This document shows positions 30,971-41,253 of a DNA stretch of 64,000 nt, one piece after another. The position numbers and the translations under genes are program-made. The notes under the pieces were generated by a model. The model saw only the letters and a list, made by a program, of their open reading frames with translations, ran no database searches and had not been told where the DNA came from. The stretch covers positions 32,001 to 96,000 of the IMG/VR virus record IMGVR_UViG_3300033121_000264. One strand, written 5' to 3'. Numbering within the stretch: position 1 is the first letter of the stretch; every line of letters begins with the position of its first letter. This stretch comes from a virus (taxonomy: Duplodnaviria > Caudoviricetes).

Positions 30971-32071
30971 TTATCCTCTAACCCTTTCTGAAAACATCTT
31001 ATTCATTTCTGTCATTAATTCCATTCTTACGTCCGGCATATCAGTTTCTTTTACTTCACCCTTTTCCTTTAATGTATCTAATCTTAATTTCTTAGTCATT
31101 TGACCATATGCATCATTAAGAGAATCTACCCGTTTTGCCTTTTCTTCCGGCGCCCTAGTATCATTAGTTAGGTCATTTCCCCAAATATCCTTTTCATTAC
31201 GACAGAAGACATATACTTCCCTGGCATTTTGAATTTTGGAATTATTACCTACCAATTCATTACCTTCCTTTTGTATTTGGTCCTTTTCTCGTTTACGACG
31301 CTGACTTATCATCCAACCATCTAACATATCATCATCATCAATTATACTATCATGTGGACATTCTGATGATTCGTATATATTATCATACATTTTTGACCAA
31401 GAACATAAGTTGCGTTGTTCATCACTATATTCGGATACTGAAAAGCCGAAAAGGTTCTGTGTTTTCCCTAAATTCCAATATGTGCGCCAAGGGTCAGTTC
31501 TAGCTAGTTCCCTATATTGTGTTTCGGTAATACGTTCTTTACTTATCATTCCTAGTAAACTGTCAAACGTTCCATCAGATTCAAAATAAAATAATCCGCC
31601 ATTTTTATATACTGTGCTGGCCAAAATAAACTTACTTTTAACATATGCGGCAAATCCACTACAAGTTAAATAATCAAAGGAGTGCCGTTCTAAAAATAGT
31701 TCTTCTGCCGCTTGTTTCTTTGCTTCTAATTCCTGTCTACATTTAATTCTTTGTTGGGCATTATTGATTGCTGTAAATAAATTGACTTTAACATCTTCTA
31801 TTTCTTTAGGTAAAGCGTCTAATCTATTTTGTTTTTCTGGAGTCCATAATTTATTACGAAGTAAATAAGTTTCTAATTTATCATCATCCATTATCTCATA
31901 AAAAGATGCTCGATTTAATGATTCATTATAAATCTCTGATGCTTCATATTTAATTGCTGGATTAGGACTATTAATTATATATACATCTTTATTTGTAGAT
32001 TGATAATTAACACATCTAACATGCCCAGATAAAATACGATTAACCAGAAGTTCCTTGTGTTCCGGTGTCAT
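30971..32071 (-). CDS. Hypothetical protein (tail region, chaperone-like)
   Basis: Between tail tube and tape measure; ECP.D.IIDDDD.LDGW motif. Confidence 0.55.
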   Translation of the reverse strand: MTPEHKELLVNRILSGHVRCVNYQSTNKDVYIINSPNPAIKYEASEIYNESLNRASFYEIMDDDKLETYLLRNKLWTPEKQNRLDALPKEIEDVKVNLFTAINNAQQRIKCRQELEAKKQAAEELFLERHSFDYLTCSGFAAYVKSKFILASTVYKNGGLFYFESDGTFDSLLGMISKERITETQYRELARTDPWRTYWNLGKTQNLFGFSVSEYSDEQRNLCSWSKMYDNIYESSECPHDSIIDDDDMLDGWMISQRRKREKDQIQKEGNELVGNNSKIQNAREVYVFCRNEKDIWGNDLTNDTRAPEEKAKRVDSLNDAYGQMTKKLRLDTLKEKGEVKETDMPDVRMELMTEMNKMFSERVRG

Positions 32072-32243
32072 TAGCTTGTTCCTTTAAAGCTACTGCTTTT
32101 CTAAGTATTTGTACTTCTTCTTGTAGAGCATTATTCTGTTGTAATAAAGCTAATGCTTCTTTATCTTTTAATTGCAATTGCATCTGACTATTTAAATAGA
32201 TATGTCCTACATGACGACATATATCATCATAATTGAATTCCAT
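32040..32243 (-). CDS. Small coiled-coil protein
   Basis: GAGGA RBS; downstream of a GGTGTATAA motif. Confidence 0.55.
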   Translation of the reverse strand: MEFNYDDICRHVGHIYLNSQMQLQLKDKEALALLQQNNALQEEVQILRKAVALKEQANDTGTQGTSG

Positions 32244-32281
32244 AATATCCTCTTTTTATGTCCTAATTGTTGTCCGATAGA

Positions 32282-32848
32282 TTATACACCGTATTGATTT
32301 ACGATACGTTTACACATCTCAATCATTTCTTTGTTATTAAAATCCTGTTTCATAAAATTAACATCAACATGTAACCATTGAATATTGTCTAATTGATATC
32401 CAATTTTAGGATTTATTCTATCTAAAGATGCTGTTTGTGAAATTCCATTTTTCTTTGCTAATCTAGGATTTCTTACTAAACAAATATCTAATCCACTTAA
32501 AGCACATTTAAAATTTTGCTTAACTAATACATCATATGCGTCTTGCATTTCTAGTTTAAAACTGATATTGCGTTTTTTGGCCCCATGTTTTAAAGATGAC
32601 CAATATGTTCCTCTTAAATCTCCAATACCAGTGTATCTATCAGTATTTGCAAATAATAAACAACCACAAGATTTAGTTCCTTTAGTTGTAATGGCTATAC
32701 TCGGAATTTCAGTTATTTTACCACAATCACATTGACATGTCCAATAAATTCGTTTTCTACCTTTACTATCAGCCCTACTTCCTATTCTGTTAAGAACTGT
32801 CAACATTTCATATTTTTGACCGATATTAATATCTGCTTTAACACCCAT
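32282..32848 (-). CDS. Free-standing HNH/His-Me finger homing endonuclease
   Basis: WTCQCDCG, KSCGC, CALSG, TASLDRI...DNIQWLH.DVN.MK; paralog of 1198-1869. Confidence 0.8.
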   Translation of the reverse strand: MGVKADINIGQKYEMLTVLNRIGSRADSKGRKRIYWTCQCDCGKITEIPSIAITTKGTKSCGCLLFANTDRYTGIGDLRGTYWSSLKHGAKKRNISFKLEMQDAYDVLVKQNFKCALSGLDICLVRNPRLAKKNGISQTASLDRINPKIGYQLDNIQWLHVDVNFMKQDFNNKEMIEMCKRIVNQYGV

Positions 32849-32851
32849 AAA

Positions 32852-32905
32852 TAAAAACTCCTCACATATAAAATAGTTTGTATACTAGATTATATGCAAG
32901 GAGTG
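32852..32905 (-). terminator. Hairpin/terminator after the tail tube gene, overlapping the HNH RBS
   Basis: Minus strand ACTCCTTGCATATAA...TTATATGTGAGGAGT followed by TTTTATTT and ATG. Confidence 0.6.
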
Positions 32906-32934
32906 ATGTCAAATGCACAATTTTAAAAAATATA

Positions 32935-34032
32935 TTATGTCGCTAGGCCGCCTTGGGCGGGTGCTATACTTGTTGTACAATCATTCCAGTGACTTACACT
33001 ACAATCATTGAATGTCGTGTATGAGAACGTCATTGTTTGATTACCACCACCAGCATCACCAGCACTCATACCAACGCTAGCTAACTTGTTCTTCGTACCC
33101 ATATTTAGGCGAGTACCTTCATATGTTGCGATACGAATACTTTGATTTTGTAGGTTTGAACCACCAGCGAATACACCGGCTTCCGTAGCACTAATCATAT
33201 CACCACTGATTGATAATACTTCAATTTCCGTTGATACTTCAACTGGGAATGTTACGAAACGGTGATAAGGAGTCTTGTGACCAAGTTGTAGAATTTGTTC
33301 ACGGCCAAGGTCAGTTGAAACACTAATGTTCTGTAACTTACAGCTATAGAATCCGTCTGAGCCTAGGTTATTTGTTCCGCTTGAGCTAATACCAGGTAGG
33401 TTACGTGGTAAAATCGTGCAATCTGGGTCTGCAATTTGGTTATTTGCATCAAGTGTTGCAACAGTTGGACGGAAGTGAATATGTTGTCTACGGTTTACGC
33501 CACCAGAACCAGCAGAAGCTACTGGGAAATCAGCATTATCTAGGAATTGACCTGAGAATGTGAAAGGGGCAGCAGAACGCCATACCTTATTGTTACCTAC
33601 TAAAGTAACTGATTCGGTAAAGTTTCCATCAACTGGGAATTGATATTGTAATGAGCTAACTACCATACCAGACATAGTTACTTGAGAAACTGGCGTTCCA
33701 GTAGCAGAATCTTGACTATCTGGGAAAATACTCATAGCCACTGATGACTTAGCATTTTGACGACCTGATAATGAAGTGCTAGTTGAACCGCGTGTAGCTA
33801 ATAGATATAGTGGGCAATAACCATCAAGAACCTTTTCCATCGTTACTTCGATGTCTGGGATGTTTTCGATGTTATCGTAAATAGCTAGTTGACCTAGCTC
33901 GAATACTTGTTCAAGATTGAAAGTCGTTGTAATACCACAGCTTTGAACACCGTGAGCAGCAGTATAAGTGTTTGAACCATCTGGAGCAAAACCAACTTGC
34001 TCAATGGCGAAATATACACGTTTATTAGGCAT
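32935..34032 (-). CDS. Major tail (tube) protein
   Basis: Position after the tail terminator; beta-rich; biased codon usage suggesting high expression; own late motif and downstream terminator. Confidence 0.75.
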   Translation of the reverse strand: MPNKRVYFAIEQVGFAPDGSNTYTAAHGVQSCGITTTFNLEQVFELGQLAIYDNIENIPDIEVTMEKVLDGYCPLYLLATRGSTSTSLSGRQNAKSSVAMSIFPDSQDSATGTPVSQVTMSGMVVSSLQYQFPVDGNFTESVTLVGNNKVWRSAAPFTFSGQFLDNADFPVASAGSGGVNRRQHIHFRPTVATLDANNQIADPDCTILPRNLPGISSSGTNNLGSDGFYSCKLQNISVSTDLGREQILQLGHKTPYHRFVTFPVEVSTEIEVLSISGDMISATEAGVFAGGSNLQNQSIRIATYEGTRLNMGTKNKLASVGMSAGDAGGGNQTMTFSYTTFNDCSVSHWNDCTTSIAPAQGGLAT

Positions 34033-34070
34033 TGTAATTCTCCGTTAAAATTGTACGCTTTGACATAAGA

Positions 34071-34079
34071 TTATACACC
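34071..34079 (-). promoter_or_regulatory. Putative late promoter motif GGTGTATAA
   Basis: Intergenic, ~40 bp upstream of the tail tube start. Identical copies at 29721, 32282, 36751, 41364 and 43421 (minus) and 1154 (plus). Confidence 0.65.
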
Positions 34080-34086
34080 ATTCCGA

Positions 34087-35025
34087 TTAAACATTAGGAA
34101 TTCCTACTTCTATGACTACTTTAGCTATTCCACCAAATAGATTTGAAGACAGGATATTTTGCTCCTGGCTTTCTATATTTTTAAATATTCCCTGACGGTA
34201 TCCATATTGGCTACCCTCGCCAACTAGATTATTATAATTTCTGGTACTTTGATTAACAATATTACCATCTAGATTGATAGGGAACATATTATCTTCTGCT
34301 AACTTATTCATATCATATACAACAATATTACTATCATGTTGATTTACAATAATGTCCAAAATTTTATTACGTTCTTGTGGAGTTTCAGCAAAAACATGAA
34401 ATAATAGACTTTGTTCTAAATAATGACCACCACCCAATTGTGTGCCCTTTGGGAATCGTTTACGTGGAACAGTCTCAATAGCTACAACTGGTAATTGTAA
34501 TTTATTTCTGTCAAATTCTACTTTTTCTCCAGAGCCAATCATAAATTGGTCATCTATAGTTAATGTTCTTTCATGCAGTTGACGACCTTCAATGCTGTCT
34601 GAATTTGTAAATTTAATACGTTTATATGAATATTCGCACATAACAGTAGATGTGGCAGAAATAGCATTATCAAAAATAATTCTTCCATTTGGATAGTCAA
34701 TGTCGAAAGCATAAGCGCCCACTCCTGTAACTGGTTGAAATGTGTTATTAATATAAATACCAGAGATTTCTATTGGTTGTGTTTGATAAGTAATACCACT
34801 TTCCCAAACCCAATTATTACGAAATGCTTCCCAAACTTTAACATTTGTATAATTTGGATTTAATACCGGTCTAAGTCTTGACTCGGATGTAGATAATGAA
34901 ACATTACTAAAAGCCCCAATATTTAAAAAGCCCCATTCAAAATATGTTTGTAGGCCGTATTGAATTTCATCAGTGATTGTAAAATCACCATAATCATTCA
35001 CGCCTTTAAAGTTTAAATATGACAT
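34087..35025 (-). CDS. Tail terminator/neck protein
   Basis: LPVVAIE...QLGGG...LLFHVFAE...ERNKI.DI pattern; position before the tube gene. Confidence 0.6.
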   Translation of the reverse strand: MSYLNFKGVNDYGDFTITDEIQYGLQTYFEWGFLNIGAFSNVSLSTSESRLRPVLNPNYTNVKVWEAFRNNWVWESGITYQTQPIEISGIYINNTFQPVTGVGAYAFDIDYPNGRIIFDNAISATSTVMCEYSYKRIKFTNSDSIEGRQLHERTLTIDDQFMIGSGEKVEFDRNKLQLPVVAIETVPRKRFPKGTQLGGGHYLEQSLLFHVFAETPQERNKILDIIVNQHDSNIVVYDMNKLAEDNMFPINLDGNIVNQSTRNYNNLVGEGSQYGYRQGIFKNIESQEQNILSSNLFGGIAKVVIEVGIPNV

Positions 35026-35666
35026 TATATTGCTCCATCTACTGCAATTAGTAGCATTTTTTGTAATTCAGTATCCACATCACCAAAGGTTCTAGTCACC
35101 CAGTTATCATCAATTGTACCAGCAAACTCAAGTGGTATCTTATATAGATTACCAGGACGCTTATACATTTGTGCTTCACCGCTTCTTGACCTAGGATAAG
35201 AACCATATCTAATATCATAATCTGCAATTAGATTTTTGTATCCATCTAATAATAACCATCTTAACCAAGGCACTTCTCCACCTTTAGAAAAAACAGTTGA
35301 TTCAGCCATTTTTAATACATCAGCAAAACTTGCATCAATTGCACTAATACTTAAACCGCCAGTAATAGTTCGTACTTTAGGTTTAATCTTTATTAATTTA
35401 AATTCAAAAGAATGTGCCCATTGATAGATAATAGCATTTACTCTTGTTAGAGCGTCATCTAAACCAAATTCTGCGGTAAGTTTACCATTTACCAATTCAT
35501 CATATTCATCTGTATCTTCAAGTTGATTTTTAACATAAAATACAAATTTAGCTTTCATAATTTCTGCTATAGTTGATAAACGTTTATTCATCTCGTCAGA
35601 TAATGCTTGAAGCATCATAGATTCGATTTCTTTAATAGGTGTAACTAATTTTAATGATACAAACAT
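35025..35666 (-). CDS. Neck/tail-completion protein
   Basis: Position; VPWLRWLL..G motif. Confidence 0.5.
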   Translation of the reverse strand: MFVSLKLVTPIKEIESMMLQALSDEMNKRLSTIAEIMKAKFVFYVKNQLEDTDEYDELVNGKLTAEFGLDDALTRVNAIIYQWAHSFEFKLIKIKPKVRTITGGLSISAIDASFADVLKMAESTVFSKGGEVPWLRWLLLDGYKNLIADYDIRYGSYPRSRSGEAQMYKRPGNLYKIPLEFAGTIDDNWVTRTFGDVDTELQKMLLIAVDGAI

Positions 35667-35668
35667 AG

Positions 35669-36205
35669 TTATCCTATTCTAGTTAGTAAACAAGTAAAGA
35701 ATGTATTATGTGCTAAACCGTATGGAATTGGTTCTCCTGCACGCTCATATCTCCAATAACCGTAATTTACAACCCCACCATGAACTCGTATTTCTACGCA
35801 TTCACGTAATGGATTCATGTAAGAAATGTCTGCTTGAATTTTTATTAAAGAGCCGGGGAACTGTATGTTGCTCTCAGTTTTATGCCCAAACGAGTCTGTA
35901 CCATTAATAAGGTTTTTGTATTCTTTTGGTTCCCAATCTATTAGGGCTTTAAAGTTAATTGTGTTTTCAGTTTCGGTAAATCCCTTACCTTGACAGTATG
36001 GGCAAATTTGACCAGTAGTGAAAGTGTTTGGCCCACCGGACTTATATCTTCCGCTAGAACTCATAGTCAAAGGATTAACGATACAATTGATACATTCAGT
36101 TCTTAATTGTGGATAGACTAATACACATGTTGGGGCCATATCACTATTTAACATAGCTGTAACGCCATCATTAAATATTGTAAAAATTCCTGATGGAATG
36201 TCCAT
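35669..36205 (-). CDS. Head-closure/neck protein with Zn finger
   Basis: CINC...CPYC.G.G; position after the adaptor. Confidence 0.5.
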   Translation of the reverse strand: MDIPSGIFTIFNDGVTAMLNSDMAPTCVLVYPQLRTECINCIVNPLTMSSSGRYKSGGPNTFTTGQICPYCQGKGFTETENTINFKALIDWEPKEYKNLINGTDSFGHKTESNIQFPGSLIKIQADISYMNPLRECVEIRVHGGVVNYGYWRYERAGEPIPYGLAHNTFFTCLLTRIG

Positions 36206-36717
36206 TAAAAGAACCTTTCTCTATTATTTTCACTTCTAGCAATAAGAGAAGTATCGTAGTTGATACCTTGGAATGGGCCAAGAATAGCTCTGCCAGGAAT
36301 TGCATTACCAGCAATATATTCTAATTTAGCTTGTTCATAAGCCTTACATGGCCCAACTTCTAATAGTTTATTGTAACCTTCTAATTGACCCTTAGTATCA
36401 ACTGAGTGTGAGCCGGTCTTAACAGATATACCAGCTTGTGCGGCTTTTGTTCTGAATAGACTTGTATCCATTAAGCAGGCAGTTTTTAAAGAAATCAAAT
36501 TAATGAAAGCGTTATCAGGTAAACTAGTCGGGTCAGGACTAATTGTTGGAACTGTGATATCGACAGTATAAGTTTGTTGAAACGTTAATTCGTGTAGAAC
36601 TAATTGTGCAGATACAGCAATAGCTGTTTGTAATCTAGCATCTGAAAATGTATATGGTGCTACTACATCATTTACTAAATAACGTACTAGGGTTACCATC
36701 TCTGTTGTCCATGCCAT
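36205..36717 (-). CDS. Head-tail adaptor/connector
   Basis: VRYLVND...YTFSDARL N-terminus typical of connectors; first structural gene after the capsid gene. Confidence 0.6.
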   Translation of the reverse strand: MAWTTEMVTLVRYLVNDVVAPYTFSDARLQTAIAVSAQLVLHELTFQQTYTVDITVPTISPDPTSLPDNAFINLISLKTACLMDTSLFRTKAAQAGISVKTGSHSVDTKGQLEGYNKLLEVGPCKAYEQAKLEYIAGNAIPGRAILGPFQGINYDTSLIARSENNRERFF

Positions 36718-36750
36718 AGTATAATCTCCGGAATAGTGGTATCTACTTAA

Positions 36751-37878
36751 TTATACACCCTTTTTAGCTTTTAACTCTGGTATAGTTAAATACTTATCTT
36801 TTTTACGTTGGAGACAGAATTTATCGTTGTCGTATAAGAATCTAAGAAATTTTAAGACAGATTCTCGTCTATTAATACAAAATTGAGTAATATTATTCTG
36901 ACGTTCAGGATGACGACAATAATAAGTAAAATCTATTTTAAAAGGTAGTCTTACAACCATACCTTCAAAGAACTCTTTAGTTGCTACTATCATGACCGTT
37001 TTCTTTGGTAAGATGCTACCATCACCATCAAAGAATCCTCTCAAAAAATCTCCTAACAATTCATCGGGTACTTGTTCTTGAGTGGGGAATTTGAGAGTAA
37101 ATGTTTTATTTGGCTCGCACCCCAAAGCTATCAAATCTTTAGCAACCTTTTGTCTATTAATGCATAACTCTAATTGTGGTTGTTTATTTGGTTGTTTGAC
37201 GGGTGTTGGCTTAAAATGTAATGGTCCAGTATATTGTATGTCTTCTTTGAACTGTTTAACTATTTCTGAATCTCTCTCCTGTAAGGACAAGCGTATTTTA
37301 CCATCTTTTCCAACCGACCCATCAGAATACATCCAACCTAACCAATATGCCTTATCAATAGTATCAATTTTTTCAAAGTATGTCTCATCTAAAGTAAATG
37401 TTGCTCTGTCTCGACATTCAATACCATTTTTATTTAAAATCACCATAATTGAAGTAGAAGTGGAATTATATTCTTTAGCTATTGAACATGTACTTTCGCC
37501 TTTATTATATTTTTCTAAAATCTCTTTAGTGTGATTTGTTAATTTATCTATTCTACTAGTAGATTTTATATTGGTATTAAAACCGTTTTTAATCAACCAT
37601 TTACGTAAATCGCATTTGTTGATTTTTAAATCCTTAGAAATTCTATATATACTTTTGCCAGACTGAAACATTAATTTAATCGCTTCTTCTAAACCAGTAA
37701 TTGGAACATAATTTTGAAATTTTTTATTTTTGATTAAAACTTTGCATTCGTCTCTTAAAAACAAATATACTAATGCTCCAGAACAATGAAATTCTTTGGC
37801 AATATCTGTAGTTTTAATTCCTTCTTCATATTTTTTAATGATTAATTGTTTATTCTTGCGCAGCTCTAACATACTCAT
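36751..37878 (-). CDS. LAGLIDADG homing endonuclease with N-terminal HTH repeats
   Basis: AYWLGWMYSDGSV and FLRGFFDGDGSI motifs. Confidence 0.88.
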   Translation of the reverse strand: MSMLELRKNKQLIIKKYEEGIKTTDIAKEFHCSGALVYLFLRDECKVLIKNKKFQNYVPITGLEEAIKLMFQSGKSIYRISKDLKINKCDLRKWLIKNGFNTNIKSTSRIDKLTNHTKEILEKYNKGESTCSIAKEYNSTSTSIMVILNKNGIECRDRATFTLDETYFEKIDTIDKAYWLGWMYSDGSVGKDGKIRLSLQERDSEIVKQFKEDIQYTGPLHFKPTPVKQPNKQPQLELCINRQKVAKDLIALGCEPNKTFTLKFPTQEQVPDELLGDFLRGFFDGDGSILPKKTVMIVATKEFFEGMVVRLPFKIDFTYYCRHPERQNNITQFCINRRESVLKFLRFLYDNDKFCLQRKKDKYLTIPELKAKKGV

Positions 37879-37901
37879 GGGAAACTCCTAGCGACGTAAT
37901 A

Positions 37902-37941
37902 TAAAAAAACTCGACTATAACCTATATTATAGCCGAGCTTT
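37902..37941 (-). terminator. Rho-independent terminator after the major capsid gene
   Basis: Minus strand AAGCTCGGCTATAA-TATAGG-TTATAGTCGAGTTT followed by a T-run. Confidence 0.75.
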
Positions 37942-37961
37942 TCTAATTTGAACCTAAAATA

Positions 37962-38948
37962 TCAGTTCGACCCAATAATAACGCGCCTTCCGTCTAATAC
38001 GCCGAAACCATGTTCCATTGTACACCACATACCACTACGACGCATACGTACTTGGTCATCTTCAAATACTTCTAGTTGTGAGGCAACTGGACGTACGAAG
38101 CTGTCACGATTACGTAAGTCTAAACCAACTACTAATTCTACGTCGCCAGAGGCAAGTGAACCAGATAGAGTGTTGGTGAAGAAGTCTTGATATTCTTGAC
38201 CTTCGCCAAGTTCATCAATGTCGTGAAGATTTACATTGAAGATACGATTTACTGCACCATCTGCTGATACGTAAATTTCTCTACGAGTAACTTCATCAAC
38301 TTGGTCAATACCCCAGTTACGGATATCTTCCATGTTTTCTGGTGACATGTAAAGGTCCGTTAGGATACCACGGTTTTGTGATGTTGAGTTACCACCACCG
38401 TTACGACGCATAACAATCTTCATAAGAGAAACAAGTCTCTTTGTAAATTGTCCGGCTTGAGCATCACCGTCAAATACTAGAACGTTTCTATCAACACCAG
38501 CTGATAGTAATGTGTGCCAAGCGTCATCGTTAGTTTTCTTAACGATACCGGCTTCCATTACTTGCATAGCACGACGAACGATGTCCCAACGTGCTTGACG
38601 AGCATATTTCTTTAACCAGTCGATTGAATTACCAACTTCAAACACTGGAACTTGTACGTAGTCGCCTTCTACGTTACGATGTGGAACAGCACCGGCTTTT
38701 GGAATCGTATAGGCAACATAGTCCTTTTCCGTTCCAGGTACAATTAGGTCAAGAGGAAACTCGGCTGTTACACCGTTAGTTACATCTACAACCTCGAAAA
38801 TACCACCAGCAATGTCACCGCTTAGTACAGCTTCACGAAGTGGAGACTGTAAGGCAACAGTAAGTTCTCGCACAGCGGCAAGAGACTCAGCGTTGTTATT
38901 GCTGCCTGATTTCTTTAAAAGTTGAATCATTAATTCAGTAGGTTGCAT
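37962..38948 (-). CDS. Major capsid protein (HK97 fold)
   Basis: 328 aa after portal, protease and decoration genes; biased codon usage; followed by a terminator. Confidence 0.85.
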   Translation of the reverse strand: MQPTELMIQLLKKSGSNNNAESLAAVRELTVALQSPLREAVLSGDIAGGIFEVVDVTNGVTAEFPLDLIVPGTEKDYVAYTIPKAGAVPHRNVEGDYVQVPVFEVGNSIDWLKKYARQARWDIVRRAMQVMEAGIVKKTNDDAWHTLLSAGVDRNVLVFDGDAQAGQFTKRLVSLMKIVMRRNGGGNSTSQNRGILTDLYMSPENMEDIRNWGIDQVDEVTRREIYVSADGAVNRIFNVNLHDIDELGEGQEYQDFFTNTLSGSLASGDVELVVGLDLRNRDSFVRPVASQLEVFEDDQVRMRRSGMWCTMEHGFGVLDGRRVIIGSN

Positions 38949-38998
38949 TTCGTAACTCCTTATAGTTTTTCTCTAGTTTTTACTTATCTAAATTGTTA

Positions 38999-39469
38999 TT
39001 ATGGAAGGTTAATTTCTACTTTTGCGTATCCATCTTCATCAGCACTTGATAGGAACTGACCGACAGGTGGAGAAGCAGCAGCACCAGTATTTACGTTCGT
39101 AATACGTCCGCCATTGGCTAAGTAAGCTGTATCACCAGCAACTAGCGTTAGACCTGATGCGATTTGGTCTGTTACAACCCAACCACGACGTAGAATTTCT
39201 ACCTTACCACCCTTTTGTACTTCATACTTGTGTTGGTTAAGGTGTTGACGAGTTAGGTCAAGGTTAACCATATCACATAATAGAAGACCAAGAGGTTTCT
39301 TTCCTGATGCGGTTGCAGCATACGTTGCAAGAGCAGCAGATTGGTCAAGTGCAGCACCAGAACCCATAGTTGAGAATGATACTATACCACCACGATTACC
39401 TACTTCGTTCATGAAGAACTCAACAGTAGTACCGTTTACACCGAAATTGTAGTCACCTTTAAGAGCCAT
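38999..39469 (-). CDS. Head decoration/cement protein
   Basis: Directly upstream of the capsid gene; G..AYL...G.IT...VGQFLS..DEDGYAKVEINLP. Confidence 0.7.
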   Translation of the reverse strand: MALKGDYNFGVNGTTVEFFMNEVGNRGGIVSFSTMGSGAALDQSAALATYAATASGKKPLGLLLCDMVNLDLTRQHLNQHKYEVQKGGKVEILRRGWVVTDQIASGLTLVAGDTAYLANGGRITNVNTGAAASPPVGQFLSSADEDGYAKVEINLP

Positions 39470-39488
39470 CGTATATCTCCTTGTTAAA

Positions 39489-40940
39489 TTACTTCTTCTT
39501 ATTTTTCTTGTTTAGGGTAAGTTCATTCTTTACGAATTCCATTAATTCAGCTTTAGCCTTTTCTGCTGCTTCTGCCCCTGATGTATCTTCTACAACAAGT
39601 GGAGCTACTTCATTTGGTTTAGCTGCGTCAATTACTTTTGCGGCTGCGGTTGCGGCTTCTTCTTCTGTCTTTACTGGTTCTTCAACCTTTTCGGCAGGTT
39701 TTACGAAAGCTACAATCGTATCGAATTGTTCATCATTAAGATTTTCAAACTTAACCACAGTTGCTTCGGCTTCTTCTTTAGCTAAGCCCTTTTCTACAAG
39801 TTTAGCAACTCTATTAGCTTTTAGTTCAGCAGCCTTAATTTCTGCTAGCGTCTTTTCAGTAACTACAAGCTTATCACTTAATTCTTTTAGTTTTACATTA
39901 CCTTCTTCGACAGCGGCAGCAACTTTGCCTTCTGTTTCGGTAACTTTTGCTGTTAAGCTAACAACTTCATCATTCTTAGCCTTTAGATTAGCTTCAAGAG
40001 TTCCTACTTTTTCAAGCAAGCCACCCTTATCTTTTTCTAAAGCTTCAATCTTTGATTTGTATTCAGCGATTAAAGCATTCTCAGCGTTATCATTCTTGTT
40101 TTCGTTTGCCATTGCTGTCTCCATTAATTCTTGGACTTGAGAGTTTTGTTCCTCTCTAAAAGATAATACACCATTAAAAATAATACTTTGTGGATTTGCT
40201 GGTTGATTTACTAAACCTAAACCAGAAAATGACAAATTCTTAGGCACTCTACCAACCTTATAATTGTTGATAAGACCCGTTCCACCATATACTCTTAAAT
40301 GTTTTGTTAATACAGAAGTTGCTTCTGTGCGCTCTAAAATACTGACTTTTCCATCAGAATCTTGGATAGCATAATCGAAACCTCTGAATCTACATTCCAT
40401 AGAAACATACCATTTCATATCTTCTTCCTTTTCGGAAGCCAAAGCAGTTTCAATATCCAAAATTAATCCGTCAATTCTTTTTTGTTGTTCTTCATTTTCC
40501 CAATCTTTATAGATTACTGATGAAGCAATAATATGAAATTGGTCAGGTAAATCTTCTTCTTTAGTATCATCTGCTAATACATTACCTTGAGCATCAATTA
40601 CATAACTTCCAACTATATGACCAAGAATATCTAACTCTTTATGCATAAAGTTAAAAGGTTTATCTTCTGGAGTTTTTCTAGCGGCCCAAACACGATTTCT
40701 TAGAAAAACATCGTCATTTAGGTTCCACCCAACACTGACCATTAAAGAATGAACATCATATAGTTCTTTATCGCCCAAAGAAGCAATTGCCTTTTCTAAA
40801 TTTAATTTAGCAAGCAATTTTTCTTTTTGGTAGCCACGACATAATGGAGCATGAGCCTTAATACACGCATTTGCGGGATTTAATAGAATTTCTTCTAATC
40901 CAGCGTCACGTTCGGCTTGAAATATTACGAAATTATCCAT
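39489..40940 (-). CDS. Prohead protease/scaffold fusion
   Basis: NLNDDVF, FNFMH...ILGH, VSMEC and FSGLGLV..PAN protease motifs plus a C-terminal coiled coil. Confidence 0.8.
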   Translation of the reverse strand: MDNFVIFQAERDAGLEEILLNPANACIKAHAPLCRGYQKEKLLAKLNLEKAIASLGDKELYDVHSLMVSVGWNLNDDVFLRNRVWAARKTPEDKPFNFMHKELDILGHIVGSYVIDAQGNVLADDTKEEDLPDQFHIIASSVIYKDWENEEQQKRIDGLILDIETALASEKEEDMKWYVSMECRFRGFDYAIQDSDGKVSILERTEATSVLTKHLRVYGGTGLINNYKVGRVPKNLSFSGLGLVNQPANPQSIIFNGVLSFREEQNSQVQELMETAMANENKNDNAENALIAEYKSKIEALEKDKGGLLEKVGTLEANLKAKNDEVVSLTAKVTETEGKVAAAVEEGNVKLKELSDKLVVTEKTLAEIKAAELKANRVAKLVEKGLAKEEAEATVVKFENLNDEQFDTIVAFVKPAEKVEEPVKTEEEAATAAAKVIDAAKPNEVAPLVVEDTSGAEAAEKAKAELMEFVKNELTLNKKNKKK

Positions 40941-41253
40941 TTCTTAACCATTTCTGAATTTGTTTGTGGATATCACTTTCAGTAGATTTAGCAACGAAAC
41001 CTTCAATCTTACTAGCTGTAATTTTACCAGCTTCGGCCATTTCTGATTCTTCACATTCGCATTCTAGGGCGTATTCTGTATAAGTACGAATACCATTATC
41101 TTCTTTACATGTGCCTAAACGAACTGAGTATTCATCATCTTCATTCCAAGACTGATAAATTTCAACTCTACTAATATCCGTCAACTTTGTTCCATTTAAA
41201 GATACATCAAATGTTTTTGCGTCTGTATCTACATTAATTGTCATCTTGGGCAT
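40933..41253 (-). CDS. Hypothetical protein (head region)
   Basis: Coupled between portal and protease; GGAG RBS. Confidence 0.6.
   Translation of the reverse strand: MPKMTINVDTDAKTFDVSLNGTKLTDISRVEIYQSWNEDDEYSVRLGTCKEDNGIRTYTEYALECECEESEMAEAGKITASKIEGFVAKSTESDIHKQIQKWLRNG

Noticed and set aside
29721-32071. Programmed frameshift in tail assembly chaperones
   Set aside because: Each ORF has its own start and I could not identify a slippery site
36751-37962. Group I intron in the capsid gene carrying the LAGLIDADG ORF
   Set aside because: The capsid gene ends normally and is followed by a terminator; the flanks are too short for an intron core, so the endonuclease is free-standing
39481-40140. 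219-aa plus-strand ORF and other antisense ORFs in the structural and early blocks
   Set aside because: Antisense shadows of well-supported genes, with no RBS or recognisable motifs
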